DNA from: Eledone cirrhosa
Taxonomy: Eukaryota
Length of the DNA stretch: 64,000 bases
Direction: 5' to 3'
NCBI GenBank assembly: GCA_964016885.1
Contig: OZ024751.1
Location: forward strand, 37,820,001-37,884,000
Below, piece by piece: positions 58,921-64,000 of this stretch. The notes under the pieces are model-generated. The model was not told where the DNA came from and made no database searches. It saw only the letters and a list, made by a program, of their open reading frames with translations. A program made the position numbers and the translations under genes. Within the stretch, counting starts at the first letter, position 1, and every line of letters begins with the position of its first letter.

Positions 58921-61397
58921 TTATAGTTCCTCTTCTGTCTTTCCTTCTCATTCTCTCCTTATCTCTTTCCTTCTCTAAAAGAAATTGTCGTTTTGCATTC
59001 AGGGCCAAGAGAAATGAAGGACTTTGCCAGGGTTTTACAAAAGGTTTACACAAGAGACCGTGTGCGTCTCTTTTTCGCTAAAAAGCTTCCGCCGGGATTT
59101 AAGAGTCTAGATAAAAGAAAGAATATATTCATTAAGTTGCCATTTAGAGAGTTTTTTTTTACTTAATGAAAGGTCATGAACTAGCGGGTTCATTAGTATA
59201 CAAGGGTATCTGGTGTTTCCTTGAGATATGTACATTTTTTAATGTTGTTCCAATTACCTCAACTGTAAGAATGAGCAACAGTAATAGTTGGGGAATCAGC
59301 TTCGTCGAACTGAATGATATACTGAGTAATCATATATAAATATCTATGACTAAACTTTTAATTATGGCATGCGGATCATTTGAACATGTATGTATCTATT
59401 GAAAGAAAAAGATATTCACCATTAAATGTAGAGTCTCTATAATGATGTGGTGTCCGGAAATTTCATGAAGATGTGTTATTCCTCCATATTCGTTATCGGT
59501 TTTCTGAGTTACATTAGGTATTCAAGTTAAATATTTAAAAGACTTCCTGGACTTAATTAGTTTCAGATACACAGTACAAATATTTGTCATTAATACTGAT
59601 TCTAAATTATGGACAATTACATCAGTATTGTCACTCACGATACAATGTGTATAGCTGGTTACAATAGAGAATAGTTTGCTAATTAAAGATAGTGACAGAT
59701 TCTTTTATCTTTTTTCTTCAATACGCCTTTCCATAAGGGGTACTCCAGGAAATAAGAAATGTTCTGCACTTAATACTAGTCAAAGCCATTCTAACATTCG
59801 TCCTTAACCATCACTATCTCGACAGTATTACTGAATTTAATATTGCTTGTGGCAAGATTCTCGTTAACGTACGAAATGTATGTATTTAACGAAGCTCTTC
59901 CGAAAAGATAAGGTTCCGTCGCATAATATTTGTAATTCAAAAGAGTGGCCATTGATATATTTGCTCTTTTCAAAAGCATGTCCATTCTAAATTAATCTAT
60001 TTGAACATAAAATCCTATCAGCCGAGAAATTCCACACTCTTGCAATTGGCTGCTCATTATTTATTCTTTGGGGGAAATCCAACTGGAAACAGTAAAAGAG
60101 ATTGATGTACACCGTTTATCTCTTCTGCTAGAGTTTTGCTATTGAGCAGGTCTTGCTACTATTGAACAGGCCTCTTTCAATGAATAGTTTGAAAAGTAGC
60201 ATTTTAATGCTCTCAGTTACTGGACAATTCATAATACTTAAATGTGTGCGTGCTGCTACTAATGCTAATTGACGTATTTGTCTAAAAGCATTTCTAATGT
60301 CAGCCATGTTAGATCCAGGGTGAGTAAAATATGTGACAATAGTAAGTTAAGCTACTGATATGGTACCTATAATTGTGGAATTCTAATCACCAATGTATGT
60401 TACTCGAAATTTTAATTTAATTATTTTAAAAGCCCTTTTTACTGAAATTGTTTCAAAACTTTCGGATATAATTGAGATTACAATGGCATTAACAATGGCT
60501 AAGATGGGAAGCTTTTAGATGAAGATATCCTACTGTTAACATTATATCTCTCTTGTTCTAGGAGAGATATACGAATTTTATAATCCATAATTCTAATGAT
60601 AACATAAAGTACAAGTGTCTAACCCTGAAATAAGCTTAAAGACAACTAAATGTTTTACAGTTGCCAGAAATTATACAAATATTGGTGTTAAATATATATT
60701 TTAAAACATTACCTAAAATAAAAGAGACACTGTTATTTACTCTCTGAATAGTAGTCTAATAGAATAGTTCCATTTCTATAATATATACACAAAATTTTTG
60801 GAATTTAGAGAGCAACAAATATTATGTAGCCGTTCATTCCATATGGTCTCTAGGTCTAGAATAAATTTTTCCTATTCTATTTAGTTAATCGTCATATATT
60901 CCTCTTATAGTGAGAGTAATATATATATGTTGAAGACAAGTGGGGGAAATAATACAAAGAAGTGACAAAGATTGAGATCCAAAGTTTGATAAAACAAAGC
61001 AATCTAGTCATCTATATCGATTCAAATTTATTGTTATTTATAAGTTGATGTCACGCAAGTATGTTTGTATATATATATATATATATCATTATATATATAT
61101 ATATATATTACATTAATACATATATATTGGTACATTAATACGTATATATGTGTGCATATTTGTATGAAGTGTGCTCGTGTGTGTGTATATATATATATAC
61201 AGTTCCAACATGCAGTGTGAAATAAAGCAATTTCATATATACATTTTTATATTATAATATTTCATTCTATGACATTATATTATGATTCTCTGTTAGATAT
61301 CTCTAAATAACCAAATAATACATAGCCTGGTAAATAATATATAATAATAATATATATATATATAAAAATAATATATATATATATAATAATAATAATA

Positions 61398-61466
<69 letters not shown>

Positions 61467-61520
61467 AAGTATGTATGTATACGTAAGAGTGAGAAATGAA
61501 ATTTCGTTTCATTCTATTCC

Positions 61521-61619
<99 letters not shown>

Positions 61620-61980
61620 GAAATAAATGGTAGTATATATGCAGGGATAAAAGAAAATGTATTTTGCAGTCCACATTGAAATATCTACTTAGTAATATAT
61701 CAACTTTTATTGGATATTATAAAAATATACTTTCAAGTAATGTTTATCCAAAAACAAGAAATGTAATCAAATGTCTGCATATGTAACTATGATTATATTT
61801 GTTGATGTTCTTATTTGTGTGAGTCAATGACGTTATGGATTCCATACCAATGATTTCATTGAAGGTCACGTGTCCTCTTAATCTTAATGTTAATATTTAC
61901 AAAGATTGACGTTAGTAATAAAGAAGAAAGGATTAAATAGTTAGGTTTTAATTAAAATCGTGCTATATTTAAAATACACA

Positions 61981-62013
<33 letters not shown>

Positions 62014-62015
<2 letters not shown>

Positions 62016-62134
62016 CGAAGGAAATGTGGTAAGGAACCAGGTGGACCATAACGCACCAAAGTACTCAATACCAAGTCCAGAATTAGCCGTCGAAACGGCT
62101 TGAGCTCAGCCGTCGGGGTCCTACTCGTTCCTAT
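62014..62134. mobile_element. Family C copy with inversion
   Basis: Tail in minus orientation (62014-62071), then the HHR 3' half in plus orientation (62080-62134). Confidence 0.8.
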
Positions 62135-62144
62135 ATATATATAT

Positions 62145-62310
62145 AACGAAAGAAGTGTGGTAAAGAACCAGGTAGACCATAACGCACCAGAGTACTCAAT
62201 ACTATGGGTAGTAGAGTGGGTAATCAGAAAATGTTAAAGACCCCGACGGCAGAGCTCAACCCGTAGAAACGGGTTGAGCTCTGCCGTCGGGATCTTGAAC
62301 ATTTTCCTAT
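62145..62310 (-). mobile_element. Family C copy with fold-back at the HHR GAAA
   Basis: Hairpin with arms from ~62227 to 62264 and from 62269 to ~62306, around loop AGAA. Confidence 0.8.
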
Positions 62311-62325
62311 ATACATATATATGTA

Positions 62326-62430
62326 TGTAAAAGGTAAACAGAAATAACAACACAATCGGTACAGTATATGGAAGGTATATATTAAGTTAACGCTTGATAT
62401 AGCAGGAAGAGGGTCTTAACGTTTAGGACG

Positions 62431-62434
<4 letters not shown>
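62326..62434 (-). mobile_element. Family D 3' end
   Basis: Reverse complement of 25495-25595. Confidence 0.7.
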
Positions 62435-62511
<77 letters not shown>

Positions 62512-62530
62512 TGTATATATATATATATAT

Positions 62531-63137
62531 GTCAGGTCACCAGTTGGTGCTACTGGTAACATGTATCCCAGTACAACCTGTCTCATGGTCGGGTCGTTGG
62601 CGACTAAACTGGCAACCCCACCAAGGTTTCTTGGTGAGGAGGGTGACTTTGGACATCCTGCAGGACTAAAAACAAAACCTGTCAAAGGGCAAAGGAGCTC
62701 TTAAGAGTCAATGGCCATCCAAAATCACCGGGAGAGATGACCCCTTAGCCTTTGTCAAGGCAGAATTCTAGGAGAAGGAAAACTCTGATATAACACCTGC
62801 AACCCTGATGGTATCCAATGATGTTGACTTGTTCTTCTTTTTGGTAAATATCATCTTGGTTAAGAGAGTGGGACTGGCTTTGTGCAGTGCCTTTGCTCAC
62901 TATAAAAACTTCACGGCACAGGCATTGCTTTATATCTGGAGATCTCTCTGCACTTGTCGTCACATGGTACCATGGGCCCAGCACTATGTGTCAATAATTG
63001 TCACAAGTGTAGTGTTTGTACCAGAGTTTTCAAGTCACTGGCTGAGACTAAAAAGTCACACTCGTTCAGCGCATCGGTAGGGGTTCGCCTACATGGATAT
63101 AAAGTAGTGGCCGTACTCGAAAACGAGTTGGCAGTCA

Positions 63138-63141
<4 letters not shown>
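62531..63141 (+). mobile_element. Bipartite RTE-derived non-autonomous element
   Basis: RTE 5'-UTR-like motif TAGGAGAAGGAAAACTCTG joined to a C-terminal C2H2 remnant ([17 protein letters not shown]); second copy at 22460. Confidence 0.65.
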
Positions 63142-63197
<56 letters not shown>

Positions 63198-63232
63198 TGA
63201 GAGAGAGAATGAGTGACATATATACAAATATA

Positions 63233-63371
63233 TATAATCCCGACCGCGAAGCTAAGCGGTTCAGGCTTGTCTTTGCAGACGGGATTATACCTATTTCTAT
63301 ATCCACTCTGCATCTCCCTATGCTTTGAGCACTCCCATGAATTGTTGTCTCCTCGATCTCAGCATCGGGAA
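63233..63371. mobile_element. Small inverted HHR-element remnant
   Basis: Minus strand has GAA-CCGC(TTAGCTTC)GCGG-TC-GGGATT; plus-strand tail has CCACTCT...TTGAGCACT, like family C. Confidence 0.5.
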
Positions 63372-63505
<134 letters not shown>

Positions 63506-64000
63506 ATAGATATAATATATATGAATGTGTTTGTGTGTATTAAGAATTCATTACATATGCATCATCTTTCTTTCTAAAGGGAGTGTATGTTACAAGTCTC
63601 GGCTAGCTGGGCATTAAGAGACTGAGTGTTTGTATGTTTGAATGAGTGTGTGTTGGTACATTAATATGCAACATCCTAGCGGTTGTAGATTTGTTCTTCC
63701 TTCAATCCTACAACAGCTACAACAATGTCCTATTATACATTATATCGTGTATATTGAAATTCGCAACACTACATATTTGTTATTTTCTCCTGAAAACTCT
63801 GGTTTTCTTGCTTCTTAAAAATGACACCTTATCACTGGGAGCCAATATAGCTGGCTTCTTTTATCGGCGAATCATTGATTGGTTGAACAGACTAATATAA
63901 CCTTCACGCACATGTATACACACACACACGTACACACACTCATACACAGAACATATACCTACACACACATACACACCCACTCATACATACACACAACATT

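Noticed and set aside
59700-60450. Possible ancient transposase remnant on the minus strand
   Set aside because: Only short broken frames; resemblance too weak to support.

Overview
AT-rich, repeat-dense eukaryotic non-coding DNA with a 200-N gap at 2489-2688. The tRNA-derived SINEs and extreme (TA)n load resemble an octopus/cephalopod genome (inference). No host gene is supportable, and nearly all listed ORFs are microsatellite translations. Recognisable elements are a young 5'-truncated L1/Tx1-type LINE in a (GATA)n tract (45270-47200, minus), a decayed Penelope-like GIY-YIG fragment (33622-34736), RTE-derived pieces, Tc1/mariner-type MITEs and many SINEs. The main signal is a set of short non-coding elements embedded in (TA)n. 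Many carry type I hammerhead ribozyme (HHR) motifs: 7 with an intact core and paired stem I, plus about 12 degenerate or partial ones. They repeatedly have a fold-back architecture in which an inverted internal arm lacks the element's 3' tail. One locus (688-2038) is a 466-bp HHR-bearing tandem dimer plus an inverted copy, resembling a retrozyme. A separate A-(TA)n-A'-B'-(TA)n-B rearrangement at 32898-33253 looks like a repaired (TA)n cruciform break. All structures were read by eye; no searches or folding programs were run.
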